DNA from: Botryllus schlosseri
Lineage: Eukaryota
Length of the DNA stretch: 64,000 nt
Reading direction: 5' to 3'
Assembly (NCBI GenBank): GCA_051294905.1
Contig: CM119371.1
Location: forward strand, 22,570,001 to 22,634,000
Numbering within the stretch: the first letter of the stretch is position 1; every line of letters begins with the position of its first letter. A program made the position numbers and the translations under genes. The notes below the pieces were generated by a model that was given only the letters and a program-made list of their open reading frames with translations, did no database searches and was not told the origin of the DNA. Below are positions 12,946 through 24,877 of this stretch, piece by piece.

Positions 12946-13399
12946 GGTTCTATACCAATACCAAGAAAATCATAACCGAGAATGGACATTACCGAGAATG
13001 CCATTACCGAGAATGGACGTTACCGAGAATGGTCATTACCGAGAATGGTCATTACCGAGAATGGTCATTACCGAGAATAGAACCACCGAGAATGGACATT
13101 ACCGAGAATGGCCAATGTCAAGAATATAGCTTACTGGGACTGATGTTGTCGAGAAATTTATACCTGAGCATCGATACCGAATGCAGCAACGCCGTGATGC
13201 ACCCACACGACCTGTGCATATGCATAACATGTCTGAATCGCATACATTGCATTCTCGGTAATGTCAATTCACGGTGGTGTCCATTCTCGATAATGTCCAT
13301 TCTCTGTGGTGTCCATTCTCGGTAATGTCCATTCTCGGTGGTGTCCATTCTCGGTAATGGCATTCTCATTAATGGTTTTCTCGGTATTGACCGGACACC
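12946..13399 (+). mobile_element. Mutator/Foldback-type MITE with 15-16-bp subterminal tandem repeats
   Basis: Arrays of (catt)accgagaatgg facing inverted arrays ccattctcggtaatg; G...C termini; perfect 9-bp TSD gaggccttt. Confidence 0.9.
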
Positions 13400-13659
13400 G
13401 AGGCCTTTTCGGTCAGCGCGGGGCCTACGTATCGTAGCGTAGGCCACGGTCAACGCAAGGTAAACATAAGTGCTACCAAATAAATTTGAATTATATTTAC
13501 CGTGTAGCTCTTTATATTTTACAACGGTTTCGCATTGTCATATCCGCATCCGTGAATACTATTATTTGGTCTATTTTTTCAAAAACTGTGAACTCAATTT
13601 GCACTTTTTGCCTTCTCAGAATGTCAGAGTTTGTTGCATACAATTCCGTACGCTCCACA

Positions 13660-13853
13660 AGGGCCTACTATACTATATAGTAGGCCCTGGCTCCACTTTA
13701 CTTGATTCATCTGTACTTTTCGTTCGACACCGCACATGCAATGAGGTCAGCGATCAGGAGCCCAGATAAACCTCCGACACATAGAAGTAGCTCTGAACCG
13801 GAATTCGAACCACTGCGATTGGTCCCGATGCATTGTTGCTTAACCAACACGAA
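13660..13853 (-). mobile_element. tRNA-derived SINE (family 1), reverse copy
   Basis: Reverse complement has B-box ggttcgaattcc and the same body as 3069-3280. Confidence 0.7.
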
Positions 13854-14171
13854 CATGCGTTTACTTTGAAGTCTGTTTAGTGTTTACTCCCGTTCCTCGA
13901 TTGCGCAGTACGTGGGCCGTATGCGCAATCCAGATTCAAAATAATGCCAACGTAGCCTATGCCGTAACAACTGTAGTTACGAATCACTGTGGATGCATGC
14001 GGGCGTCTATCGATCAGCGAAATTAAAATTGACATTGTCTCACTAATGTGAGACAAGAAGCATCATATTATATTGTTACCAGGTCGATGTTTTCTAACCT
14101 GGATAATACTTCAATAGCAGAAAATCGTACTTCGAGGCAACAATATGAACAAACCAGGGCGCGCTTATAAC

Positions 14172-17100
14172 CAGACATGTGGTGATTACTTCATGAATGT
14201 AATCAATTGTGATTACGATTACTTCTGAATGACGCGATTACGATTACGATTACAGCAAAATCAGGAAGTAGTCGATTATGATTACGATTACATTGGAAAA
14301 GTAATCACGATTACTCATGATTACATTTATTTTGCATCTTAGAAGTCACATCAGAAGACAATGTATGGATTGCACTGAAAATGCCTAAGAAAACAACTTT
14401 ATTTAAAAAAGATGCGATATTTGCTTGTTACGTCATAAAGTACCCGTTGCCCATTTTATGAAGGACGATTTATCGCACCCAATGATTTGCATTCTTGCCA
14501 GGTCCACATCTGCCGCACCCCAAATTTCCTAATAGGGCGGGGAGCGAGGTTGAAGCGGACTCAAAAGTATTTCGTAAACCAACACAAATTATAGACTATT
14601 TTTGAGAGATTTCATGAACTTGAAAATTGTCTACGAGCATCGCGATTCATATGTCTCTAGATAGCTTGATTTCGAAATACATATGTCTCCTCCTCAAGAA
14701 AATAAAGCATGCATAATTTATAGTAACCGACATTTTGGTGCCTGTCAATACCGCGCCACGACACACCAAAAGCCATAAGCAGTTTTGGCCAACATGCGAA
14801 TCCACGAAGTGTGCTACTAATGAAAGACATTGGCTGAAACTTGGGGTATGTGTCCATTGTCAATAGCCGCGCTGGGTTGGCGTGACTAATAGTGCAGTCC
14901 TTACAATCTGAGCCACAATGGAAATGTTACCCGGGCAGGGTACCCACAGAGCATTAAAGACATGGCAATTTGTGTGTGCGTCTCACACAAGTATTTTTTA
15001 AGTCTGCGACGTTTGGGCCACAACAATATCTTAGTAATTATTACAAGATGCCAGTTGTTATAATGATGAAATACGTGCCCCCAGCTCTCCAGGTAAATCT
15101 GACCATCGGGGGGCTGAGAGAGGATTAATAATGAATAATAATATCATACAATTACCAATATTATTGACGAAATTAAATCTTCTACATGAAAATTTACTAC
15201 CCTATGGGGGCCCAAAACCAACGTTTAGAGCAGAGGTCTCAAACACGCGGCCCGCGGGCCGCATGCGGCCCTCGAGAACATTTTGTGCGGCCCGCGAAGG
15301 CATTTTTCAATTTCAAGTATTCGACAATGTATTCTGGTGTCATATATTTTTTTTAGATTTAGGAACTTAAAGTTCACACTAAAACTACTACAAAAACCTG
15401 AGATCTAAACAAACTTCACTATCACATCACTTCCTAAAATCTACCAGACAGTGGAAGATCGCTATTACGTCACATTTCAGGTTCATGATGACAAAACATG
15501 ATTCGTGACTGAAAATTGTGATTTTGTTTGGTGCGACATTTCTTCAAATTACTCGATTTTGGATTGACTGGGTGATAAACTAAAAATGACTCGAGTTGAG
15601 TAGGGTCGAACGTTTAAATCAGAGAATGACTTATTGCCTCTCGGAATAGTGACTTGGCAATCCTACGGACGCAAAAATCTATGACACTGTAGTGGGGAAT
15701 AGTATTATATCAAAAGCCCGTAGCTTGCGTTGCGTAGGGTATATAGAATATAAAAACCATTGGCATTCTGTAGCCCCCGTGACGTAGATTTGGTTACATC
15801 CTGGATGTTGTTTGTTCTCTCTGTCCATGTTATTATCGGTGGCGAGTAAGGTAGTGGTACGCTCCACAGCTGTAACACCAATGGATTCTTCGGCGATTAG
15901 TCATTTCTATTCCAGGGATTCTTGACCATAGGTCCGTATCCCCTTCGTGGTACAAAGCACCACATCAGGGGGTACCAGATGCATTGTGGAAATTGGCCTA
16001 TATGCTGTGGAATCTCTTCTGGGCTAATTTATTCAACTGGAAAATATTCTTCGCGCTACGCGCGATTTTATGTGAATGGGCTTTCTGATTTTTATATAGG
16101 TCCCATCAGAAATTGTGTTGAAAATCGACAGGGGTCACTGGAAATCTAATTGAAAGTACAAGGGGTACGATCGCTAAAACGGTTAAGAAACAATGCTGTT
16201 ACTATGGAACAATAATGACTATATTCAAGTTGTTATTGATCTGTTGCAATATTAATCGAAGAAAACCTTACGCTGGTTTAATTTGAATTTGGCAATGACA
16301 GTAACAATAGCCTATACTTATCACGAGTATATCAGAAACCCCGATTAGGCTACACCGTTCACATGCTCTGATATCAGATCAATCTTTAGTTAATTCTAAA
16401 ATATTCTACATAAAGTTGTGACATTTCAAAGGTCCAATAGCTGCAATATTACAACCCGACAGGTTTTACGATAGCATCATGTGCCCTCTCGCATGATGTC
16501 TAAACTCATTATTTCTAACAAATTATGTCCGGCACAAAAACTATTTTATTCAAATATTTGAAAATGTGATTTTTTCGTGCCAAGCGTGAATGGTATAATA
16601 GTAAATTACATTTTCTTGGTGGTTGTGAAATGCCTGTCTGCAAGGTGCCGTTAAATAAGGCCTAGTGGGATATTATAGATTGAATACCCCTATTTATTGA
16701 TGCTGCGGCCCGCGGGTCATCACAAATTAGGAAATTGGCCCGTGAGCACATTTGAGTTTGCGACCTCTGGTTTAGAGTGAGGGTCGATTTGCTGTATTTG
16801 TTATGATTCTAGCGCTACGAGCCACGCAAGCCGATGGCGGCAGGTTCAAATGTTGAGTAAAGAATTGTGAAATAACGATTGGCGCCCGTTTCAAGTAGAA
16901 TCATATGAGAATAAGAGAAAGTGATCATAAAATTCTGCCTTCAACTTAATACAGATAATGTAATGCAAGCGGCCATTACGAGAAACGGCTCGGTTATGAT
17001 ATCTATCAGCAGCTGTTGATTTTTAATGTTTGTCGTGGAAACCGTAATGTTTTATTTGACGAGTAGGCTACAAAATTTCAATCCTGTGTCCGGTGTACGT

Positions 17101-17662
17101 TCGTACTACATAGGCCTACTGCTCGCCAAGCAGCAACGGTCAAACTGCGTTTAACTAAGCATAACCAAACATCAATACAAAAGTTACTATTTTAAACTAG
17201 GCAGAGTGGTGATTAATTATCCTGCTGCGAGGTATAGTGGCGTCTGGAATGTATTGATAACCTTGCACGGTGAGTGCTCTTACAATCACACTAATGTACA
17301 TCGAATATCTATTCACTATATGTGGATAGCTGGATGCTTCTTGCGCAATGACGAGCAAAGCTAATAGGCCACTTCTGACGTAATAATGAGCAGCGACATT
17401 TGAAAAGCAGACGTTTGTGCTATCACTAACAGGTATAATACCTCTTCCTTGTTCACAAATGTTCAGTTTATGTCATAGTCCTGTACAATTAAAAAGTAAT
17501 CGTTCTTTCACAAAGAAATCGATTAAATATGGGAAGTAGTCGATTACGATTACGATTACTTCGGAATTTTCTCGAATGTAATCGATTGCGATTACGATTA
17601 CTTGAAAATGCTGTAATCGTCGTAATCGATTACGATTACCAATCGCGATTACCCCATGTCTG
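14172..17662. mobile_element. hAT-type element with (gattac)n subterminal repeats hosting nested insertions
   Basis: Inverted termini cagacatg / catgtctg with gattac/gtaatc arrays at both ends. TSD not conserved (cttataac vs aggccaag), so pairing of the two ends is inferred. The right end recurs inverted at 61917. Confidence 0.65.
15231..16769 (+). mobile_element. hAT (Charlie-type) non-autonomous element
   Basis: TIRs cagaggtctcaaac / gtttgcgacctctg, gcggcccgcgggcc subterminal motifs, perfect 8-bp TSD gtttagag. Contains another degenerate hAT MITE at ~15913-16195. Confidence 0.9.
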
Positions 17663-17856
17663 AGGCCAAGTACCGGTCCGGGTGCTGCTTACAGTAGAAT
17701 GCGTTCTTGCAGTTAAGCTTCAAGATTTAAAATGGCCTCAAATTATTCTAATTTCAATAAAGAAACGATTACAGATGCCGAGCACGCAATACGGGAATAA
17801 ACTGGAGTAGTGATATAGAGACCACGATCAGTAACTGCTTCGACCTCGCTCGCAAC

Positions 17857-18326
17857 TAGGGCTGGGCAAAACCGAGTACCTGAGTGATTCGATTCTGAAT
17901 CACGAATTACGCTTCGAGTCGAGTCGAGTATTCGAGTATCACTCATTATGACGTCACAGCCGAATATACTATGTCAAAGTTCAAATATGTACCTTTTATG
18001 CCAGCACAATTAACATAATGCCTGTTATACGTCACATTAAAGATACTTCGGTATTTTTTAAACCATGCCGATTTCATTGCAATTCTGCATAATGTTCGCA
18101 GCTTTGTACTATGTCTCGTATGCTGTGACACGGCCAATCAAGGTTTTAAGGCTTCGTCAGTGGAAAACAGTATCAAAGCTATAATTCTCGATGGTAAATG
18201 AACGTTCAGTTGCGAGAAGCGTATAATTTCAATACTCGAAAAAATGTTCTTTTACTACTCGACTCGAATCATTAAAATTATTGCTCGATTCAGATTCGAT
18301 TACTCGAATCATTGTGCCCAGCCCTA
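17857..18326 (+). mobile_element. hAT MITE (tagggctgggca family), intact copy
   Basis: TIRs tagggctgggca / tgcccagcccta; perfect 8-bp TSD ctcgcaac. Confidence 0.92.
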
Positions 18327-20433
18327 CTCGCAACTCGCGCCAAAGTTGAAATCTCATGTGACCCGTGGGCCGAAAAGGTTGGCCACACCTGGGCTACATA
18401 GAAACCGTAAATTCTACAATACTCCCGTAACTTCCCCAATGTGACGACCTGTCGTTGCGATGTAACAACCCTCACTGCGACGCCAAACTGGAAATTACTG
18501 ACGTAAACACAGTATAATGGGTTACTGTTATCTTGAATCCGTTTGGCTAGAGTGGCTTGTTTGTGCTTCGAACTAATTGTAATGCAGACTTGCTATTCAT
18601 TATTTGTCGTTGCGAGCTATTATATAGGGCCAAACAACCTGAAGCCATTTAATGAGCGCTTAAAAGTTGTAAAATGGATTGTAATGAACTAAACGCTAGA
18701 GTGCGAACACAATGAAAGTTAATATGTTTTCATTGTTGTCTTATCGGGGGACAATGTTACGACAAAATATGAAAAGACATGTCTTAAACGCCCTAAGCAA
18801 CAACTTTTCACAAACCTCAAAATCTTAAATTACTAATTTACCCAATTCAAAGTATCACAAGAATAGCGATACAGAGGTAAGATAACCTGATGAAATCTAC
18901 CAATCCAATATTCGCTCAACCATATAGCAGTTATTAAATAAAATCACCGAATGCATTGAAATGAAGCGTTATTTTAAATGGGTTAAATGGATAGCTACAT
19001 GACAATGTTTCAGACGTGGGGCATAACTCGAATCAGCAGTATAATTTGGTTGCCATTCTTGCTCTACCGACTTCACGTGTCGAAGGTGTAGTATAAGTGG
19101 TTAAGTTGCAGCGGCCAACATGTATAGAGCGGAGAAAATACATTCATTTACTAAAGTAACTGATATCTATTTTCGTCGATACCTACATTCAATTATGGAT
19201 ATGCAGTAGCTGAACAGTGCTAATGTGGTAAGAAACAAGTCACAAACTGAATCAGCTAACCTTATAAATTTAGATATTAGTCAATCTGACTCTAATGGGG
19301 TCAGCGCTGCACCAACTACAAGCCTTATCACGCGTCAACGTATCACAGATACGGTTGGCCAGAAGGTTGCGTGACACTGTGAGGTGGGTAGGGGAATTGT
19401 ACAATAACAGAAATCAATAACGGGCATATCACTGTTTGCACTTGAGTTGAAAATCGAAGCTTTTACTGCTGCACAATATTTGCGATTACGACGACCTGTA
19501 AACACTATATTATACGAAGCGTGTTGTTATTTATCAAGTAATTAAATGTAGCACAGGCTTTCCGATTCATGTCATGCACGACAATATTACTGAAACAATA
19601 TCAATGATTAAACGGATATTTATTCCATAAAATGGTTATGACCACGTCCACCTATACAACATTGAACTGCGCGGCTGTTGCCGTGCTGTATTTTCCCAAG
19701 TACTTCCATAGAGGACGGTTTCCTATTCTACCTCGGGACACTGTCACGTCTAACAATATTAATAAAACACTTCAACACACATCAGAATACATTCGTCCAC
19801 CACACTATGCTGCGCTTCTGTCAGCGCACAGTAATTTCCCATACATTGCGACATATTAGTATCTGGATCCTGCACCGTTTCACCTGCGCACCTGTCGGGG
19901 CCTGACTGTGCTATTGCATTGCGGGTTATCGCTGACTATCAAGTGCTGAATATTTGCATGTACACGCGGACGTTTTCGCAATGGTATCAACTAAACCGTT
20001 CGTGGCGATATGCAAGGCCGAAACAACACTTCGTCACCCACCCCCAAACGATGGTCCCCCAGAACTACCGGTAAAGATGAGTAAGGTATTGTCTCGGAAT
20101 ATGTACGACTCGTATATAATAATTACACATATTCGGGCGGACATGTTTGTATATAATGACTTCGTTACATGATGTAATTTCGTGACCTTTTGTCAGCTGT
20201 ATGGCAAAACATATTGAAATCGGCCAAACGTACTGAACTAAAAGACGCACACGATTTCAAATTGAAATTTATTTGCTGCTAAATAATTTTTCTGTGCGAG
20301 ATGGCATTTGTCTTGTGGGGTTCAGATTGCCAGGACAGGAACATTCGGCATCATCCATTTAGGTGCATGCAAATAAACATATCTATATATTTGAAGAGCT
20401 TCTTCGTGGTGCAGAACTTCAATATACGATTGG

Positions 20434-21123
20434 TAGTATATTGATATTGAAATGAACCCGAATATTTTCGGCTGACACTCGTCAGGGGTTATCGTCAGCA
20501 ACTATAGTAGAGAATTCACAATAACAGCGTATATCAACAATCGTAACACAAAATATGACGTCACCAGCACGGAATGTCGAATACGAGAGCGTTTAATGTA
20601 CTATTGTTAGATGATACACAAACTCTTTTTGTTTGCTTTGACGTTCCTTGACGTCAAAGCGCTTGCAGTAACGCATAAATCAGCATGTCCCTAGATTCAT
20701 TAGAACACGTTCGGCGAAAAGCTCACTCTTAACTCATCCGCTCAAATTGATGCGGAACAATCAAAGGCCATAAATTCTTCAATGACAAACACTTGTTGGA
20801 TAATCCCGCCTGTGCGAAAATTTATCGAGACGGCAGACTTCGCATACTTGGAAAGGGTCGCTCAGACTTTCATTGGTGTGCCTTGGACTCGACTTTTATC
20901 AAAATACACCAGCCAAGGCTGTGTCAACAAAAAGAGTTCGTGTATCATCTAAAAATAGTACATTAAACGCTCTCGTATTCGACATTCCGTGCTGGTGACG
21001 TCATATTTTGTGTTACGATTGTTGATATACGCTGTTCTTTTGAATTCTGTACTAGTCGCTGACGATTACCCCTGACGAGTGTCAGCCGAACATATTCGGG
21101 TTCATTTCAATATCAATATACTA
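20434..21123. mobile_element. Long-TIR MITE / inverted repeat
   Basis: ~200-bp near-identical inverted arms (20434-20633 vs 20926-21123) around a ~290-bp spacer; no clear TSD. Confidence 0.8.
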
Positions 21124-24100
21124 TTCAATCATATCTATATATATATCGAAGTTTTCTGTCAGCATAAGGGCAGACATTTTCGGCCTAATTTTACCCGCTC
21201 CCGAACGTTCCGGCACACTTCTCGGGGTCGCCTCTTATATGGCTTAAAACTTCATAAGTCTTGGCGCGTCGTGGTGCGGTAACGGCTGACGTCGAAATGC
21301 CCGTTTCTATAAATCATATTTGGGAAAGGGTTTCACATAAACAAGACATTCGGCAACATTAAGTAGCGCGTAGCGCGAACTAATTTGGAAAAAGTGCATA
21401 AATTAAAAAATACTTTATAATTTATGGTTTTATTTTGGTCCCCCTTCAAGCTTACCCCCTCCCAATTGAGGGTTTGGGGTGCGACAGTTACGGTCCTGAA
21501 AGTAATGCATTTCTTCACACCCCTAAATGTTCTTAGTGTGGTGACTTTGTTCGGTGCGGATGTTCAATAACCTCGTCATATCCCGTAACTGAAAATCGAA
21601 TACGTTGAAACACTATAATGATGGTTTACTAATAATAACGAACGAAACTCGAATAGTCCACACTTACAGTTACATCTATTCCATAAAACGCATATAACAG
21701 CGGCTAACGCCACTCGGAACCTATAGAATAATGATAAATCATAGCGCACTGCACCGTGCCGATTTCCTGGTCGGCGTAAACACCTTCACCCATCTTCCTC
21801 CATATTAACGATATTCATGCCGATATTAAATTGTCAAATCTCCAAGTCCATTCCTCTATTGCCTTTCTATTGACTCAATAAGTCTGTGCGGGAACGCGCG
21901 GGTCAAAATAGATTCGACAAGGTGTAATTGATTCTCCATATTTATTAATTTGAAAGACTAACTCATCAGTCGACAAAACGGACTCTTGCATTGGAAGCGA
22001 AGCATTACGAATACCAAGTAGGTAATTTCGTACTTATTAAGATTGTCGTCTTTGTTGTCGGTTCTTCACGTCGAAATGACATTCAAGTCACCCTAACCGT
22101 GAATCCGTTGCGCGAAAAGGCACGCATTTGTTTCCTTCGTCACCGAAAATGGTGTCAATATGTTCATGTTCATCTTAACCGCGATTACATATATTTCAAT
22201 CGCATTTACCCGAGATATACCCCTGCGTATTAATCAACATATTGCCTGATCACGTATCTGTCGAATGGGAGCGGAAATGAGCTGTTGAAATGTATTTCAT
22301 TCGTATGTGGCTTCAATCGTGACGTCACAGTTATCGTCACAGTTTTCTGCGACCTCAAATGACATATTTCCAGTATATTTCCACTCGCACTTCTTTATAA
22401 ATGCTATCGTGCATATTTGTGTATCATAAATGCCACGCAAGTCATGGTGACAACGTCGTGCAGCTGAACGAATTATCATATTCATGAATATGCGTTGCAT
22501 TGTGTTACGTTTTCTGGATACTGTGATACGATTTGTCATTTGGTCATTATAGTTATGTGCGCAATAAGGGTTTTCATTAAATGTTGACCGATCGACGAAG
22601 CGTATGCTTGATAATCGTATCAAGAGTTTGTTTTAGCAGCTAATTTGCATTGGCGTGCGAACTACGTACGGTCCGTTGCGCGAGTTTTCGAGCGAATCAA
22701 TTCGGGGATGTGCTGCGTTATCCGTTCAAACAATCTTTGTGATGTACGTCCTACATACCCGCTATCACGGTGGCACTTGTATTCGTAGACGACGTTACTT
22801 GCACTAAAGGCAGGAGGTACTTACTTTCGAGAGTTTGGCATAAGTGGTTAATTTGAAAACGCGACATACGTATTAACACTAAATTAATAACGTTGAACTG
22901 TCGATTTGATTAACCTTTCAAAGCTATTAGATACGTTCCCTAGCAAAGTGTAAAAATACCCGACATTGTTAGGATCGTTTTAACACCCTTGAGATGGAGC
23001 ATTTCAATGTATGCTCTCGATGGCCATTTTTAGATATTATGTTAGATCTCATCCAGTCAATCCGAGAATAGGAAGTATTTAGGAACATCCCAACTCATTG
23101 TAAACTAGGATGAGGGAATCATTAGAGGAGTCTTTGACATGCAGCGAAGAAATAATGCATATAATCTTCCATCTCTTATTCCAGACCTGGAGAGACCACT
23201 TACTATCCTAATATTATATGCAACTGTCACTTGTCACTTATTCTTCAGGATACATGGTCCTCGCTGATTCACTACGCTGACATAATCCACAAAATTATAC
23301 CGACCCTACAGCAGCTCCACGCCGTATACCTGCGCAAACACCCTCTTACTAATCCGATGGATTTGTTCCTTTAAATTACGTCAACAGACAATTAAATACC
23401 CCCACTCGAACGTCCACGTCTGAATAAAGTTGGTTTAAGTGTTTATGCAAATACTCCTATTTATTTAATTTTTTAATGATCCAGAAGATCCTCTTATAGT
23501 TCGCAAAGCTCGAAGCTCGTAAGTGCTTTATTCTCCGCATGATTAGTTGCGCATGCATTATGATTCCGTGAATTCATTTTATGTAAAATAATTCCTGATA
23601 GTGATAAATTACGTAGTGGCATATCATATTGACATTTATTCCCGTACTATTCCAGTTTCGTTGGAAGTAAAGAAAATAAATTTCAAGACTTGTTCATTCG
23701 TGACAGATAACATTTTTCTAAGTTTGCTTATCACTATGTCTCGCCCCGCTATCCTCAAATACCTCCAATATAGGGCTACCATGCAAAGTTCATTAACGGT
23801 AACAAATACAATACAACAATTGCCTTCAACGATTCACTCAATTTATTTAATATTACCTCACCAAGACCTATCACGATTTACGACATATTACATGCGACTG
23901 CAAGAAGTGGGTCCAGAACGATCGGCAGCGCGTAAATCTTGAGCGAAAAGGGCTGCTATTACACTGACCGAAAACATCGTAATATATACAAAATACATAT
24001 GGGCTGAATTACTGGCGCCGGATGTTCCTGTCTTGGCAATCTGACCTTCAGAAGACGAATACCATCCCGCAGGGAAATAGTATATTGCTGTGAGGCAATA

Positions 24101-24229
24101 CCAAATTAAAAGTTTAGTACGTTTGGGCGATTCTATATTTTTTTGATATAGCAGACAGGAGGTCACGAAATAACACCATATGTAACGAAGTCATACCAAC
24201 GGGTCGGCCAGCCCGGCGGTTTTTAAATA

Positions 24230-24877
24230 TTATTCACGGGCCTTACTGTTTCCAAGACACCTCACTCAGCTCTACCGGTAAATATGATAACGCGATCAGA
24301 GAGGACAAGAAATTGATAGCAATATAATTACAATTCCATTTCATTGGCCGATTTTATAATGAATTATGAAAAATTTTCGCGCCTGGCGCTGGCTCACTAA
24401 ACAGTACAGCATACTTCGTGATAAAAGCAAACAACGTGTTGGGGGGGGGTCGGTTTATCACCCTGTGGGAGCCCAAGACACAATTTTTTTCGGGGGTCTG
24501 GCGGAGTGCTGTTTCGTTCCTGACATCGGGCATACGCCCGAAGATGTTTAATTATTATTGAGGGGTCCTACCATTTCAAACACAACTCACCCAGCTCTAC
24601 CTATAAATCTGATTACTTGAGCAGATAGAGGTTGAAAATTTATAGCAATAAATATGCAATTCTCGATCATATTGAATTATTTTATTTTTTCGCACTTTGT
24701 GCGTCTAGGTGAGATTAGCTGACTCACTAAACAGACACCGTATGAAGATGACAAATAGCGGCAAATAGCGGAGAGTCCATTGGGGTCTGGGGTTTAGGTT
24801 TATTACCATATGGAGGGCCCAAGACCAACGCTCTTTTTTTGGGAGGGGGGGTGTGACGAAGTGCTGTTACGGCCCTG
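24230..24877. repeat. Dispersed repeat, two tandem partial units
   Basis: cagctctacc.gtaaat.tgat...ggtttat.acc.t.tgg..gcccaagac...gacgaagtgctgtt.cggccct recurs at ~15075-15220, ~43921-43960 (reverse) and ~56530-56823. Confidence 0.65.

Noticed and set aside
12960..13385. CRISPR-like array (also 27990-28395, 36430-36970, 61020-61180)
   Set aside because: Head-to-tail short repeats without unique spacers, inside TIR/TSD-bounded MITEs; eukaryotic context and no cas genes.
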